Part shown: in pieces, positions 31,619 to 42,053 of the stretch
How positions within the stretch are numbered: position 1 is the stretch's first letter
Layout: every line of letters starts with the position of its first letter
Origin: Prochlorococcus sp. HOT208_60m_813O14
Lineage (GTDB): Bacteria > Cyanobacteriota > Cyanobacteriia > PCC-6307 > Cyanobiaceae
Reading direction: 5' to 3'
DNA length: 64,000 bases
Assembly: GCA_002025945.1 (NCBI GenBank)
Contig: MWOO01000138.1
Coordinates: 10,155-74,154, forward strand
Notes under the pieces: model-generated
Database searches by the model: none
The model's input: only the letters and a program-made list of their open reading frames with translations
Told to the model about the DNA's origin: nothing
Program-made: the position numbers and the translations under genes

Positions 31619-33067
31619 TTAAAATATAGGTTTTTTCTTAATTACCTGAGCATCAATTTCAAAAATATGTGCTGCATTCAATATCCTATCTTCTTCTAAT
31701 ACATTACCTATTAGTTGAAGACCAATAGGTAATCCATTTTTATCAAATCCACAAGGGATACTGATAGCTGGAAGTCCTGCTAAATTAGCTGGAACTGTTA
31801 AAAGATCTGATAAATACATAGAAAGTGGATCATTAACAAAATCACCCTTCACAAAAGCAGTAGTTGGACAAGTTGGAGTTAATAAAATATCTACTTTCTC
31901 AAAAGCATTATCAAAATCTTTTCTTATTAGTGTTCTAACCTGTTGAGCTTTCTTATAATAGGCATCGTTGTATCCAGCTGACAAAGCATAAGTTCCTATC
32001 AAAATTCTTCTTTGAACTTCATCTCCAAACCCTTCAGCTCTACTTTTTGAAGTCATATCAAAAAGATTAGAACCTTCAGTAGATCTATAACCATATTTAA
32101 CACCGTCGTATCTAGCTAAATTTGCAGATGCTTCAGATGGAGCAATTACATAATAAGTTGCAATTCCATCGTTAAACCTAGGACATTCAACTTCTATAAT
32201 TTCGGCTCCCAATTTTTTAAATCTCTCAACTCCTGAAAGAACAGATTCTTTGACTTCAGGATTAAGGCCAGGGTGATCAAAGCATTCTTTAATAATTCCA
32301 ATTTTTAAATCTTTTATAGATCTATTTAAAGCACTCAAATAATTTGGTACAGGCTTATCAAGACATGTTGAATCTAAGGGATCTTTCCCTGAAATTGAAT
32401 ATAAAATTTCAGCCGCATCCGATACGGTGTTTGTAATAGGACCAATTTGATCAAGAGAGCTAGCAAATGCTACCAAACCCCATCTACTTACTCTTCCATA
32501 AGTTGGCTTAAGTCCCACAACTCCACAAAAAGAAGCAGGCTGTCGAATTGATCCTCCTGTATCAGAACCTATAGCGGCAGCGCATAATCCAGCGGAAACG
32601 GAAGCAGCACTTCCTCCTGAACTTCCACCTGGAACTCTATTGATATCCCAAGGATTTGATGTAACCCCAAATAAAGAAGTTTCCGTAGAACTACCCATTG
32701 CAAATTCGTCCAAATTTGTTTTTCCTAAACAAATACAACCTGAAGACCATAATTTGCTTGAAGCTGTGGACTCATAAGGTGCCACAAAATTTTTGAGCAT
32801 TCTACTTGCACATGTTGTTACAACACCCTTAGTGCAAATATTATCCTTAATTGCTAATGGTATTCCCGCAAGAGGAGGGAGTATCTCGTTATTTTGAATT
32901 AATTTATCAATATTTTCAGCTTGATTAATAGCATTTTCTTTTGTAGTACAAATATATGAATTAATTTCAGGATCTTTAGAGTCAATTTTTGAAAAAAAAT
33001 CATTAACTAATTCTTTAACAGAAACATTTCTATTGTTAATTTCTTTTCTTAAAGAATTAAAATTCAT
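31619..33067 (-). CDS. gatA: Glutamyl-tRNA(Gln) amidotransferase subunit A
   Basis: Amidase signature [30 protein letters not shown]. Confidence 0.98.
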   Translation of the reverse strand: MNFNSLRKEINNRNVSVKELVNDFFSKIDSKDPEINSYICTTKENAINQAENIDKLIQNNEILPPLAGIPLAIKDNICTKGVVTTCASRMLKNFVAPYESTASSKLWSSGCICLGKTNLDEFAMGSSTETSLFGVTSNPWDINRVPGGSSGGSAASVSAGLCAAAIGSDTGGSIRQPASFCGVVGLKPTYGRVSRWGLVAFASSLDQIGPITNTVSDAAEILYSISGKDPLDSTCLDKPVPNYLSALNRSIKDLKIGIIKECFDHPGLNPEVKESVLSGVERFKKLGAEIIEVECPRFNDGIATYYVIAPSEASANLARYDGVKYGYRSTEGSNLFDMTSKSRAEGFGDEVQRRILIGTYALSAGYNDAYYKKAQQVRTLIRKDFDNAFEKVDILLTPTCPTTAFVKGDFVNDPLSMYLSDLLTVPANLAGLPAISIPCGFDKNGLPIGLQLIGNVLEEDRILNAAHIFEIDAQVIKKKPIF

Positions 33068-33097
33068 TACTCAAATAATTTTTAAAATTAAAGATTA

Positions 33098-33313
33098 TCA
33101 AACAGTCAAAGGTTCTTCTTTTTTGCAACGAATATAGCTATATTCAATATTAATAGAACCTTCATCGGAAAGATCACTAATAAAAGAAGAGATATTTTCT
33201 TTTAAACTTCGCTTTGTTATAAATGGACCATACCAGTAAGTAGTAGTAGGCTGTTCTGTTTGAATTTTAGCCCACCAAGCTAATCCGAGTTTGTTTCCAA
33301 AGTTTCTAATCAA
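33098..33313 (-). CDS. DUF1816 family protein
   Basis: GLAWW..I.T..P..TYWYGPF and C-terminal EPLT. Confidence 0.8.
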   Translation of the reverse strand: MIRNFGNKLGLAWWAKIQTEQPTTTYWYGPFITKRSLKENISSFISDLSDEGSINIEYSYIRCKKEEPLTV

Positions 33314-33456
33314 TTTATTTAGCCTTTAGGGTACAATTCTTGTTAAATTCTATACAATTTTGTCGTAAAAATTCAATAAATTTTCATTAATAACATAAAT
33401 GTATTGAAACAATAATATTTTAAAGAATATTAGATAAAAGTGTTTTTAAAAAAAAT

Positions 33457-34464
33457 TTAACTGCTTGTTAAGTGAAATAGAGATATAGCCGTTGCTACAG
33501 AAGCATTTAAACTTGATGTTTTGCCTTTAAGAGGGATCTTTAATATAAAATCACATTTTTTTTGTGTTACTAAAGAAATGCCCTTATCCTCAGATCCAAT
33601 TATTACTACCAAGGGAGTTTTTTCTTTAAAGTCTGAAATCGATAATTGTCCATCTCCAGATAATCCAATAATGAGAAAACCATTTTTCTTCAATTCTTCT
33701 AAAGACCTATTTAAGTTAACAACTCTACTTACAGGCAAATGTTCTAAGGCTCCTGCAGCCACCTTGGCGACTGTTCCCGTTAAGCCGGCAGATCTTCTTT
33801 GAGGAATGATAAGACCTTTGCAATCAAATGCTTCTGCGGATCTTATAATTGCTCCAACATTATGTGGATCAGTTATTCCATCCAAAGCCAAAATAATCGG
33901 ATTTGCAGAATTTTTTTTAGAAAATTCGATTAATTTCTCAAGGGTTATTGTCTTGGAGCAAGACAACTGCAATGCTACACCTTGATGTGTAGCACCAAAA
34001 GTTAATTGTGAAAGCCTATTCCAAGAAACTTCTTCAATTAAGACTCCTTTTGTTTTTAGATCTTTGAGTAAAATATAAAACTTCTCGGAAGAATAAATTT
34101 CTGATGTACACCAAATCCTGTTAATAGCTCTTTCATTAATAAGAGCCTCAAAAACCGAATTTTTACCCCATATCCAATCATCAAAGTTTTTCTTAATTGC
34201 TAACTCTTGATAAATATCATTAGATCTCCGATTTACTTTTACATTAGATTTAACTATTGGCTTATTTCTTGAAGATGAATATTTGATTTTCTTTTCATTA
34301 CTTTCATTAAAATCATTTAACCCCTTATTTTTATAAGTATTAATAGGAAATCTATCATTATTTTTAGGTGAATTTGGATTTCTAGAGTAAAAGTTAGAAC
34401 CAGAATTATTATGTTGTTTTTTTTTATTTTTTCCAGAAAAATTGTTTTTTGATGATTTTTTCAT
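33457..34464 (-). CDS. rlmB: 23S rRNA Gm2251 2'-O-methyltransferase (SPOUT)
   Basis: HQGVA, DGITDPHNVGAIIRSA, IGSEDKG, SLNASVA. Confidence 0.92.
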   Translation of the reverse strand: MKKSSKNNFSGKNKKKQHNNSGSNFYSRNPNSPKNNDRFPINTYKNKGLNDFNESNEKKIKYSSSRNKPIVKSNVKVNRRSNDIYQELAIKKNFDDWIWGKNSVFEALINERAINRIWCTSEIYSSEKFYILLKDLKTKGVLIEEVSWNRLSQLTFGATHQGVALQLSCSKTITLEKLIEFSKKNSANPIILALDGITDPHNVGAIIRSAEAFDCKGLIIPQRRSAGLTGTVAKVAAGALEHLPVSRVVNLNRSLEELKKNGFLIIGLSGDGQLSISDFKEKTPLVVIIGSEDKGISLVTQKKCDFILKIPLKGKTSSLNASVATAISLFHLTSS

Positions 34465-34468
34465 AACT

Positions 34469-34867
34469 TCAATTTATTTTAATTTCAAGGTATTCAAAAA
34501 GAGTTGATAATCTTTTTGGATCTTTAAGAAATAACCAACCGATAAGAGTTTCAAATCCAGTTGCTCTTGAGTAAACATTGGGATCAGATGACTTTGGGTA
34601 TCTTTTTGTTTTATTTCTAGCACGTCTAATTAAATCCATTTCATTATCATTTAACAAATGTTCAATTTGGTCTAATGATTTTGATTGAGATATTGCTTTT
34701 ACTTCATTTACTACTGATAAATGAAGTTCTTTTGATTTTAAGGGAAAATGAACATGTCTTAATCTTTGATGAAGTTCCCATACCGAATCGCCAAGCCATG
34801 CAAGTTGAATAACACCTATTTCTTCAGGAGATCCATATGGAACCAAATTTTGAATCCAATAATTCAA
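34469..34867 (-). CDS. mrnC: Mini-ribonuclease III
   Basis: LAWLGDSVWEL, RRARN, Y..ATGFETLIGWL. Confidence 0.88.
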   Translation of the reverse strand: MNYWIQNLVPYGSPEEIGVIQLAWLGDSVWELHQRLRHVHFPLKSKELHLSVVNEVKAISQSKSLDQIEHLLNDNEMDLIRRARNKTKRYPKSSDPNVYSRATGFETLIGWLFLKDPKRLSTLFEYLEIKIN

Positions 34868-35229
34868 TTTTTTAAATAAGATAAGGCATCTTCAAGACTC
34901 GAATTTAAATTAAGAAATTCGCCTAAACGAACAAGTTTTATTGTTTGAGCAACTCTAGAGTTGCCAACAACTGAAAAACCTATCTTCAACTTTGTACATT
35001 CTTTAGCGGTCTGAACAAGAGCTCCAAGACCTGAAGAATCTAAAAAATCAATTTTTGAAAGATCAATAACTATTGGTAGTTCATTATTTAAATTATTAGT
35101 AACAAAAGTCTTAAATTGTTTCTCTGAGAAGGCATCAAGTTGGCCTTTAAAAGTAAAAACAATGATATTTGTTTTAAAATCTAGGTTTCCTCTTAACGAA
35201 ACCGTTAGCTTTTGGAAATCTTCTATGAT
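34864..35229 (-). CDS. STAS-domain anti-sigma factor antagonist, 121 aa, non-canonical ATC (or ATA) start
   Basis: Hand-translated IIEDFQKLTVSLRG...GQLDAFS...IDLSKIDFLDSSGLGALV...; GGAGG 6 nt upstream of ATC; in-frame TAG immediately before ATC; stop overlaps the mrnC TTG. Confidence 0.88.
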   Translation of the reverse strand: MIEDFQKLTVSLRGNLDFKTNIIVFTFKGQLDAFSEKQFKTFVTNNLNNELPIVIDLSKIDFLDSSGLGALVQTAKECTKLKIGFSVVGNSRVAQTIKLVRLGEFLNLNSSLEDALSYLKN

Positions 35230-35290
35230 CTAATTCCTCCAAAAAATTAATGTATCAAATGTAATTATCAAATCAAAAGAAAACAATATG

Positions 35291-36430
35291 TCAACATCTT
35301 TCTAACATTAGAGAAACAAATTTTTCAAATAAATAATCTGAATCATGTGGTCCAGGGCCTGCTTCTGGATGATATTGGACACTAAATATTGGCTTATCAT
35401 TAACTTCCAATCCTGCAACAGTGTTATCGTTAAGATTATTATGTGTAATTTTGACTAAGTCCTTTGAAAGTGAGTTAGGATCAATGGCAAAACCATGATT
35501 CTGACTAGTTATCTCAATTTGATTATTCTTGCCACAAGGGTGATTTAGACCTCGATGACCAAAAGGGAGTTTATAAGTTAGACCGCCTAATGCTAATCCA
35601 AATATTTGATGACCAAGACAAATTCCGAACATTGGTATTTCACCATGTTCAATAAGTGATTTTGCTAATTCTATACCTTCATTAACAGAAGATGGATCGC
35701 CTGGACCATTTGAAAAGAATATCCCATCAGGTTTTTTAGATAGAACATCTTCTAAAGAAGCTCTAGAAGGTAAAACTAAAATTTCACAGCCATGAGAGAC
35801 TAGTCTATTTAAGATTGATTTTTTTATTCCAAAGTCAATTGCTACAACTTTAAATTTGTAGGGCTTGTGTGAATATTTTTTTCTAACATCAAAATCTGTT
35901 TCTGTTGTTTTTTGCCAAAAATATTGTTGCTTAGTTGAAACCTTTTTTGATAGGTTTAATCCGTCCATTTTTGGAGTTTTGGAAATTATTTTTAAGCAGC
36001 TTTCATGAGTTTTATCCTCAGAGGTAACTACCCCATTCATAGAACCTTTAGATCTTAAGATTTTAACAAGAGCCCTTGTATCAATTCCGTAAATTCCTAT
36101 AATATTATTCTCAACTAACCATTGATTGAAATTCTTTAGAGATCTCCAATTACTGTTATTAGATGAATAATTTCTGACAATTATTCCTTTTACACTCATA
36201 CTAGATTCTGAATCTTCAAGATTAATACCTGTATTACCAATTTCAGGGTAAGTGAATGTTAAAATTTGTCCATAATAACTTGGATCAGTAATAACTTCCT
36301 GATAACCAGTCATTCCTGTATTAAAAACTATTTCACCAACAGCAGTACCAGAAGCTCCAAAAGAAAATCCAGGGAATACAATTCCATTATTTAAAACTAA
36401 TTTGGCATTTTTCTTATATGGATTAGTCAT
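35291..36430 (-). CDS. carA: Carbamoyl-phosphate synthase small subunit
   Basis: GEIVFNTGMTGYQE, SNGPGDP, GICLGHQ, QYHPEAGPGPHD. Confidence 0.98.
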   Translation of the reverse strand: MTNPYKKNAKLVLNNGIVFPGFSFGASGTAVGEIVFNTGMTGYQEVITDPSYYGQILTFTYPEIGNTGINLEDSESSMSVKGIIVRNYSSNNSNWRSLKNFNQWLVENNIIGIYGIDTRALVKILRSKGSMNGVVTSEDKTHESCLKIISKTPKMDGLNLSKKVSTKQQYFWQKTTETDFDVRKKYSHKPYKFKVVAIDFGIKKSILNRLVSHGCEILVLPSRASLEDVLSKKPDGIFFSNGPGDPSSVNEGIELAKSLIEHGEIPMFGICLGHQIFGLALGGLTYKLPFGHRGLNHPCGKNNQIEITSQNHGFAIDPNSLSKDLVKITHNNLNDNTVAGLEVNDKPIFSVQYHPEAGPGPHDSDYLFEKFVSLMLERC

Positions 36431-37479
36431 CAATTTGAAATCAATTTATCTTTGGCTAAATAATTTTTTAAAAGTAAAAATTTTCTCCAAGGATTTCCTT
36501 GATTGATTGAAAACAAAGCTTTTTTAAATCCTTCATGTAAATCATCTTCTATTCCTGCAACCCATAGAACTAAAGAAGCATTTAAGGCAACAACATCTTT
36601 ATGCGATTTATGTCCAGACCCATCTAAAACAGACTTTAATATTTCCGAATTAGATTCACTATCAGAAACTACAAGCTTTTCGTTTGAAATATTTTCATAA
36701 TTAAAATCTGAAATGTTTATATTTGAAAATCTTAATTCACCATTTTCAACAAAAACTAATTTATTTTCACCTTGAAGTGAGGCTTCATCTAGGCCTCCAG
36801 ATCCATGAATAACTATTGCTCTATTCATTCCCAATTTCAATAGTGCACCTCCCATAGGCTCTAAATGATCCTCAGAAGCCACACCCAAAACTTGTGCATT
36901 GGGTCGTAAAGGATTAACTAATGGTCCAAGTTGATTAAACACAGTCCTAATACCAAGAGATTTTCTTAATGGAGCTAGTTTGATTAAAGATTTATGCCAA
37001 ACAGGTGCAAACAAAAAAGTTATGCCAATTTCATTAATAGCAGAGATTACTTTTTCTAAAGAACAATTTAAATTCAAGCCAAGATTTAACAAAACATCTG
37101 CAGAGCCAACCTTTCCACTTGCACTTCTATTTCCGTGCTTTGCAATTTTTACACCACATGATGCAGCTACAAATGCAACTGCGGTAGAAATATTAAAGGT
37201 ATTAGCCCCATCACCTCCAGTACCACAAGTATCTACCATAGACAAATTTGGTCTTGCTACTGGTAATTGACAAACATTTAATAGTTCTTCAGCCATTGAA
37301 AACAATTCAACCCCTGTACAACCCTTAGCTCTCAAAGCGCTCAAAAAAGCTCCCGTTTGAACATCAGATATCTCATTATTAAGCCATCTTTGCATTAAAG
37401 ATCTAGCTATGGGATCATCAAGGTCTCTACCTTCTAATAAATTATTTAAGATTTCAGCATTGGATAAATTCGAATACAT
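36430..37479 (-). CDS. trpD: Anthranilate phosphoribosyltransferase
   Basis: [34 protein letters not shown]. Confidence 0.97.
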   Translation of the reverse strand: MYSNLSNAEILNNLLEGRDLDDPIARSLMQRWLNNEISDVQTGAFLSALRAKGCTGVELFSMAEELLNVCQLPVARPNLSMVDTCGTGGDGANTFNISTAVAFVAASCGVKIAKHGNRSASGKVGSADVLLNLGLNLNCSLEKVISAINEIGITFLFAPVWHKSLIKLAPLRKSLGIRTVFNQLGPLVNPLRPNAQVLGVASEDHLEPMGGALLKLGMNRAIVIHGSGGLDEASLQGENKLVFVENGELRFSNINISDFNYENISNEKLVVSDSESNSEILKSVLDGSGHKSHKDVVALNASLVLWVAGIEDDLHEGFKKALFSINQGNPWRKFLLLKNYLAKDKLISN

Positions 37480-37508
37480 TTATTTATAAAGGGGTTTAGA
37501 AAATAAAA

Positions 37509-37805
37509 TCAATTTGAAGTATCAAAACCTGAACCTACTAACTCCTTAATTGTATTAGAAGGCCTGAAGCTTTTTGACCAAATTTTTTTAGTTTTAGAAA
37601 AAAGATCATTTTTTGTAATTTGCCAAAATTTTAAAATTTTTTCAATATCATCTTTAATTTCAATTTCGCCAGGGAAATTTTTATAACGATTTATTAATCT
37701 AGCTAAATTAACAAAGTCAAGATCTTCTGGTTTTTCTTTAGTAATTAGAGAATCTATAATATTCTTGTCTGTTGCATGTAAAGGATGAGTTTGTTCTTTA
37801 CTCAT
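37509..37805 (-). CDS. DUF3288 family protein
   Basis: QTHPL..TD, LARL..RY..FPG motifs. Confidence 0.75.
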   Translation of the reverse strand: MSKEQTHPLHATDKNIIDSLITKEKPEDLDFVNLARLINRYKNFPGEIEIKDDIEKILKFWQITKNDLFSKTKKIWSKSFRPSNTIKELVGSGFDTSN

Positions 37806-37885
37806 AGATAAATACTGAATCATTTATAAAATTAGCTCACATATTTGAATTTGAAACATTATCTTAACCATATTGGCAAAATTAA

Positions 37886-39631
37886 ATGAAAAATTTAAAG
37901 TTTAAAGTTATATCAAAATATCTAAGACCATACAAAAAAGAATTTCTATACGGAGCTGCGGCTCTTTTAGTTGTGAATATATTGAGTGTTGTAATACCTC
38001 TGGAAGTTAAAAATATAATTGACCAATTACAAAATGGGTTTTCTTCCGATTTTGTAATTTCTAAATCTATATGGTTAATATTTTTAGCAACTTGTATGGG
38101 TTTAATTAGACTATTTTCTAGACAGATTGTCTTTGGCATAGGTAGAAAAGTTGAAGTAAATTTACGTCAAAAACTTTTCGATCATTTGCTTATTCAAGAC
38201 CCAGAATGGATCCAGAAAAAAGGAAGTGGAGATATTATTAGCAGAGCTACAAGCGATGTCGAGAACATAAGAAGACTTTTAGGTTTTACGGTTTTAAGTT
38301 TATGCAACATAGTATTGGCGTATTCATTAACAATTCCATCGATGTTTTCTATAAACAAAACATTAACAATATCTGCATTAATGATATTTCCCATAATCCT
38401 TGGGATTGTGAGCTTATTCGGAGGAAGAATGGTGAATCAAAGAAAAGCACAACAAGAATCATTATCAAAACTTAGTGATCTGATTCAAGAAGATCTTTCT
38501 GGAATAAGCGCTATTAAAATTTATGCACAAGAAAATGCTGAGATGAAAGAATTTAACATTTACAATAAAGCTTATCGAAATTCAGCTATAAAACTTGCAA
38601 GAACAGCAAGCACGCTATTTCCATTACTTCAAGGTATTTCCTCAATTTCATTATTGATCCTTTTAGGTTTAGGAACTTTTCAACTAGAGAGTGGATTTAT
38701 CTCGATAGGTGGATTAGTAGCTTTAATTCTTTACGTCGAAAGACTGGTTTTTCCTACAGCTCTTTTAGGATTCACATTAAATACTTTTCAACTTGGTCAA
38801 GTAAGTTTAGATCGCGTAGAAGAGATCTTTCAAACCAAACCAAATATTGTAGATAGAACAAACACTAAATCTTTAAAGAAAAAAGTTAAGGGACTTTTAG
38901 AAGCAAAAAACTTAATAATAAAATACCCAAATTCAAAAATTAATTCATTAAATGGTCTAAACTTTAAAATTTATCCTGGAGAACTTATTGCAATTGTTGG
39001 CCCTGTAGGTTGTGGAAAAACAACACTTGCAAAATCTCTTGGAAGAACTATCGAAATTCCTGACGGTCAAATATTTTTAGATGAAATTGATATAAAAACT
39101 ATTAAATTAAATGATCTTAGAAAAAACATTGCAATCGTTCCTCAAGAAGCATTCTTATTTACGTCTACAATCTCAGAAAACTTACGTTTTGGAGAACCCA
39201 AAGCTTCCAAAGGTTTAGTCAAAGAAAGTGCTACTAAGTCTGGATTGATAGACGATATCAATAATTTTCCTCAAAAGTTTAAAACAATTGTTGGAGAAAG
39301 AGGGATAACACTAAGTGGTGGACAAAGACAAAGAACAGCCCTTGGAAGAGCATTACTTGTAAACTCTCAAATAATAGTTCTAGATGATGCCTTAGCAAGC
39401 GTAGACAATAAAACAGCAGCAAAAATAATCGAAGAAATGCGAGAAAGAAGTAATAAAACAATTTTAATGATTAGTCACCAACTATCTGTAGCTGCTACTT
39501 GTGATAGGGTTTTAGTAATGGAAAATGGTAAAATAGTACAAGAAGGTATTCATAAAGATTTAGTAAAGGAAAAAGGATTATATAAAAAACTCTGGGAAAG
39601 AGAAATAGCTACTAAAATTGTTAAAAGCTAA
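37886..39631 (+). CDS. ABC exporter, fused permease/ATPase (MdlA/MsbA-like)
   Basis: N-terminal TM domain, Walker A GPVGCGKT, VGERGITLSGGQRQR, LDDALASVD. Confidence 0.93.
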   Translation: MKNLKFKVISKYLRPYKKEFLYGAAALLVVNILSVVIPLEVKNIIDQLQNGFSSDFVISKSIWLIFLATCMGLIRLFSRQIVFGIGRKVEVNLRQKLFDHLLIQDPEWIQKKGSGDIISRATSDVENIRRLLGFTVLSLCNIVLAYSLTIPSMFSINKTLTISALMIFPIILGIVSLFGGRMVNQRKAQQESLSKLSDLIQEDLSGISAIKIYAQENAEMKEFNIYNKAYRNSAIKLARTASTLFPLLQGISSISLLILLGLGTFQLESGFISIGGLVALILYVERLVFPTALLGFTLNTFQLGQVSLDRVEEIFQTKPNIVDRTNTKSLKKKVKGLLEAKNLIIKYPNSKINSLNGLNFKIYPGELIAIVGPVGCGKTTLAKSLGRTIEIPDGQIFLDEIDIKTIKLNDLRKNIAIVPQEAFLFTSTISENLRFGEPKASKGLVKESATKSGLIDDINNFPQKFKTIVGERGITLSGGQRQRTALGRALLVNSQIIVLDDALASVDNKTAAKIIEEMRERSNKTILMISHQLSVAATCDRVLVMENGKIVQEGIHKDLVKEKGLYKKLWEREIATKIVKS

Positions 39632-39667
39632 AATTAATTTCTCAAATTACTTGTTTAGTTTAAAGTT

Positions 39668-40396
39668 ATGTACAATTTTCTAAAAAAATTTATGAATAGT
39701 AAAGAATCAACTCTAAATAATGAGTTTAAGTTAATTCATAGAATTTTAAAAACTGATATTAAAAAGGATCTTAATCCTGGAGAAGATGAAATAATATTTG
39801 GGTGTGGTTGTTTCTGGGGAGCTGAAAAATGTTTTTGGAAACTACCAGGTGTTGTAACTACTTCCGTAGGTTATGCTGGTGGTCATAAATCGAACCCGAC
39901 ATATTATGAAGTATGTTCCGGTTTGACTGGTCATTCAGAAGTTGTGAGAGTTATCTGGGATAAAAGTATAATAGACATCAGTGATTTATTAAAAATGTTT
40001 TGGGAATGTCATGATCCTACACAAAAAAATAGACAAGGAAATGATATAGGAACTCAATATAGATCTGCAATATATTACACAAATGAAAATAATCTTAAAA
40101 TCATTTTAGCCAGTAAGGAACAATATCAAAAGGAACTAAATAAAAATAATTTGGGTTTAATTGAAACGGAAATAAAAATGACAGATTCATATTTTTATGC
40201 GGAACAATATCATCAACAATATCTTGCATCAGCTGGAAGCAGGCAGTATTGTTCTGCGTCACCTACAAAAGTGAAGTTAGGATTTTTTGCTGGAAGCAAC
40301 TATAAATTAAAAGACCATATATGGGAAAACTTTAATTGGGATGTAGATAAGTGTGTATTGAGATCTGATAACAATCCTATAAAGAATAACATTTAA
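39668..40396 (+). CDS. msrA: Peptide methionine sulfoxide reductase A
   Basis: GCFWG, HDPTQKNRQGND.GTQYRS, AEQYHQQY. Confidence 0.96.
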   Translation: MYNFLKKFMNSKESTLNNEFKLIHRILKTDIKKDLNPGEDEIIFGCGCFWGAEKCFWKLPGVVTTSVGYAGGHKSNPTYYEVCSGLTGHSEVVRVIWDKSIIDISDLLKMFWECHDPTQKNRQGNDIGTQYRSAIYYTNENNLKIILASKEQYQKELNKNNLGLIETEIKMTDSYFYAEQYHQQYLASAGSRQYCSASPTKVKLGFFAGSNYKLKDHIWENFNWDVDKCVLRSDNNPIKNNI

Positions 40397-40423
40397 ATCA
40401 ATCTTATCTTTATAGTTAAGATA

Positions 40424-40497
40424 CGGGGCGTAGCGCAGTTTGGTAGCGCACCACTTTGGGGTAGTGGGGGTCGTGGGTTCAAATCCCGCCGTTCCGA
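40424..40497 (+). tRNA. tRNA-Pro(GGG)
   Basis: CGGGGCG acceptor arm, D arm GCGC/GCGC, anticodon arm CCACT-TTGGGGT-AGTGG, T loop GTTCAAATC; CCA not encoded. Confidence 0.97.
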
Positions 40498-40650
40498 TTA
40501 ATTTTCGTCTTCATTTATAAGGGATTTATATAGTTTATAAGAACTAATGCCTACAGCTATAAAGGTAAAAGAAGAAAAAAACGCTAAAACCAATATAGTA
40601 AAATTTGAAACTTCCACTTCACCTAGTTGAAAAGATATAAAAATGTTCAT
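40498..40650 (-). CDS. Small membrane protein, 50 aa (MNIFISFQLGEVEVSNFTILVLAFFSSFTFIAVGISSYKLYKSLINEDEN)
   Basis: Hand-translated; one TM segment; stop codon abuts the tRNA 3' end. Confidence 0.5.
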   Translation of the reverse strand: MNIFISFQLGEVEVSNFTILVLAFFSSFTFIAVGISSYKLYKSLINEDEN

Positions 40651-40706
40651 TAGAAAGAATTTTTTTAAACCTTAACACAATTGCAAAAAAAAATTTTCAC
40701 AACCAA

Positions 40707-41507
40707 TTATAAATTCAAAAGAATTGCAAAACCAAAAATAACTCGATAGATAATAAATATTTTCAACCCATTGGAAGAAAAATACTTTAATAAAAAATCT
40801 ATAGCTAATAACGAAGACAAAAATGTCGTAACAAGACCAACAAAAAGAGGAAGAAAACCTAATAAAAAAAAATCATTAAAAGAAGAAATAAACTCAACAA
40901 TCGCAGCTAGAGAGATAGCTGGCATCCCTAAAAGAAATGAAAATTTCGCAGCATCTTTTCTTTCCCATCCTGATATTAGAGCACTAGAAATAGTAACTCC
41001 CGATCTTGAAACACCTGGGAAAATGGCAAATGCCTGAGAGAAACCTATCAAAAAACTATCTGCATAATTATGGTTTTTAATATTTATAGAACCTCTTTTC
41101 GAACTATCTGCCAAATACATAAAAAAAGCCATTAGAAATGAGAACAGTGCTATTGATAAATTTGAACGAAGAGCGTTATCAAAAAAATACGGGATAAATA
41201 TTTTTATAATTCCACCAAGCAAAACAATTGGGATAGTACCAATCAAAATAGACCTTAATAATCTTTGATGTAATAGATATTCAAGAAATTTTTTAGAAGA
41301 TTGACTTCTGAAACTAAAAATTTCATTCCTAAAATACAAAGCTATGGCTAAAACACTTCCAATTTGAATAAAAGCAGAGAAAGACGCTCCAGGATCATCA
41401 ATACCTAAAAAAAGAGATATAACTTTTAAATGAGCTGTACTACTTACAGGAATAAATTCCGTAAAACCTTGAATTAAGCCATATAAAAAAAATTTTAAAT
41501 ATTCCAA
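40707..41507 (-). CDS. uppP: Undecaprenyl-diphosphate phosphatase
   Basis: QGFTEFIPVSSTAHL, PGVSRSG.T, AAKFSFLL. Confidence 0.96.
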   Translation of the reverse strand: MEYLKFFLYGLIQGFTEFIPVSSTAHLKVISLFLGIDDPGASFSAFIQIGSVLAIALYFRNEIFSFRSQSSKKFLEYLLHQRLLRSILIGTIPIVLLGGIIKIFIPYFFDNALRSNLSIALFSFLMAFFMYLADSSKRGSINIKNHNYADSFLIGFSQAFAIFPGVSRSGVTISSALISGWERKDAAKFSFLLGMPAISLAAIVEFISSFNDFFLLGFLPLFVGLVTTFLSSLLAIDFLLKYFSSNGLKIFIIYRVIFGFAILLNL

Positions 41508-41575
41508 AAAATTATTAAATTACCTAATTAATTAATAGCAATTTACATTTAACAATTAAAAGCTAGTATAGAAAA

Positions 41576-41848
41576 ATGAAAAAAAAATACCTGTTTATAT
41601 TATTTTTTCTTTTTTCCTTAATCTTTTCTGATTTTGCGAAAGCTAATTATTGGTTAATAATTGGAACTTATCGACAAGGTCCCGGAAGGAGGCCAGAGGT
41701 TAGTGGAATAACAAGTCCTTCGTTACATTCTATACCTATGAAAGACTTAGATAGTTGTAAAGAAGCAGGTGAAAAAATTACAAATGAAATTTATAAACCT
41801 GTTTGGCAATTTGATAGTAGATGGACCTGTGTATTCAGAGGTGATTAA
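41576..41848 (+). CDS. Hypothetical secreted protein
   Basis: Signal peptide ending AKA; IPM....C...G and WTCV (possible disulfide pair). Confidence 0.65.
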   Translation: MKKKYLFILFFLFSLIFSDFAKANYWLIIGTYRQGPGRRPEVSGITSPSLHSIPMKDLDSCKEAGEKITNEIYKPVWQFDSRWTCVFRGD

Positions 41849-41856
41849 TAATAAAG

Positions 41857-41991
41857 TTACCTTTTAACATCGTGAGCACAACCATCTCCTTTATAGTTTT
41901 CACTCTCGTAAAAATCATTTTTGGTACCAAAATAAACTGTTAATAAAACGAAAGGTAAGCTTAATATAAATAAAATAGTTGTTAAATCCAT
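41857..41991 (-). CDS. ndhP: NDH-1L complex small subunit NdhP, 44 aa
   Basis: Hand-translated MDLTTILFILSLPFVLLTVYFGTKNDFYESENYKGDGCAHDVKR; TM helix followed by the FGT.N.FY....Y.G.G.AH NdhP signature. Confidence 0.85.
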   Translation of the reverse strand: MDLTTILFILSLPFVLLTVYFGTKNDFYESENYKGDGCAHDVKR

Positions 41992-42053
41992 TGTGTTAAC
42001 TTTTTTAGGAAGGTTATGAAAATTAAAATAACCATTTGTTCATTAAATAATGT

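Noticed and set aside
33342-33355. GTT-N8-TAC NtcA-like site upstream of the DUF1816 gene
   Set aside because: No -10 box at activator spacing, and such matches are expected many times by chance in AT-rich DNA; only conservation data could support a repressor role
33457-34464. Long low-complexity Asn/Lys-rich N-terminus of RlmB
   Set aside because: Variable N-terminal extensions are usual for cyanobacterial RlmB; no separate domain visible
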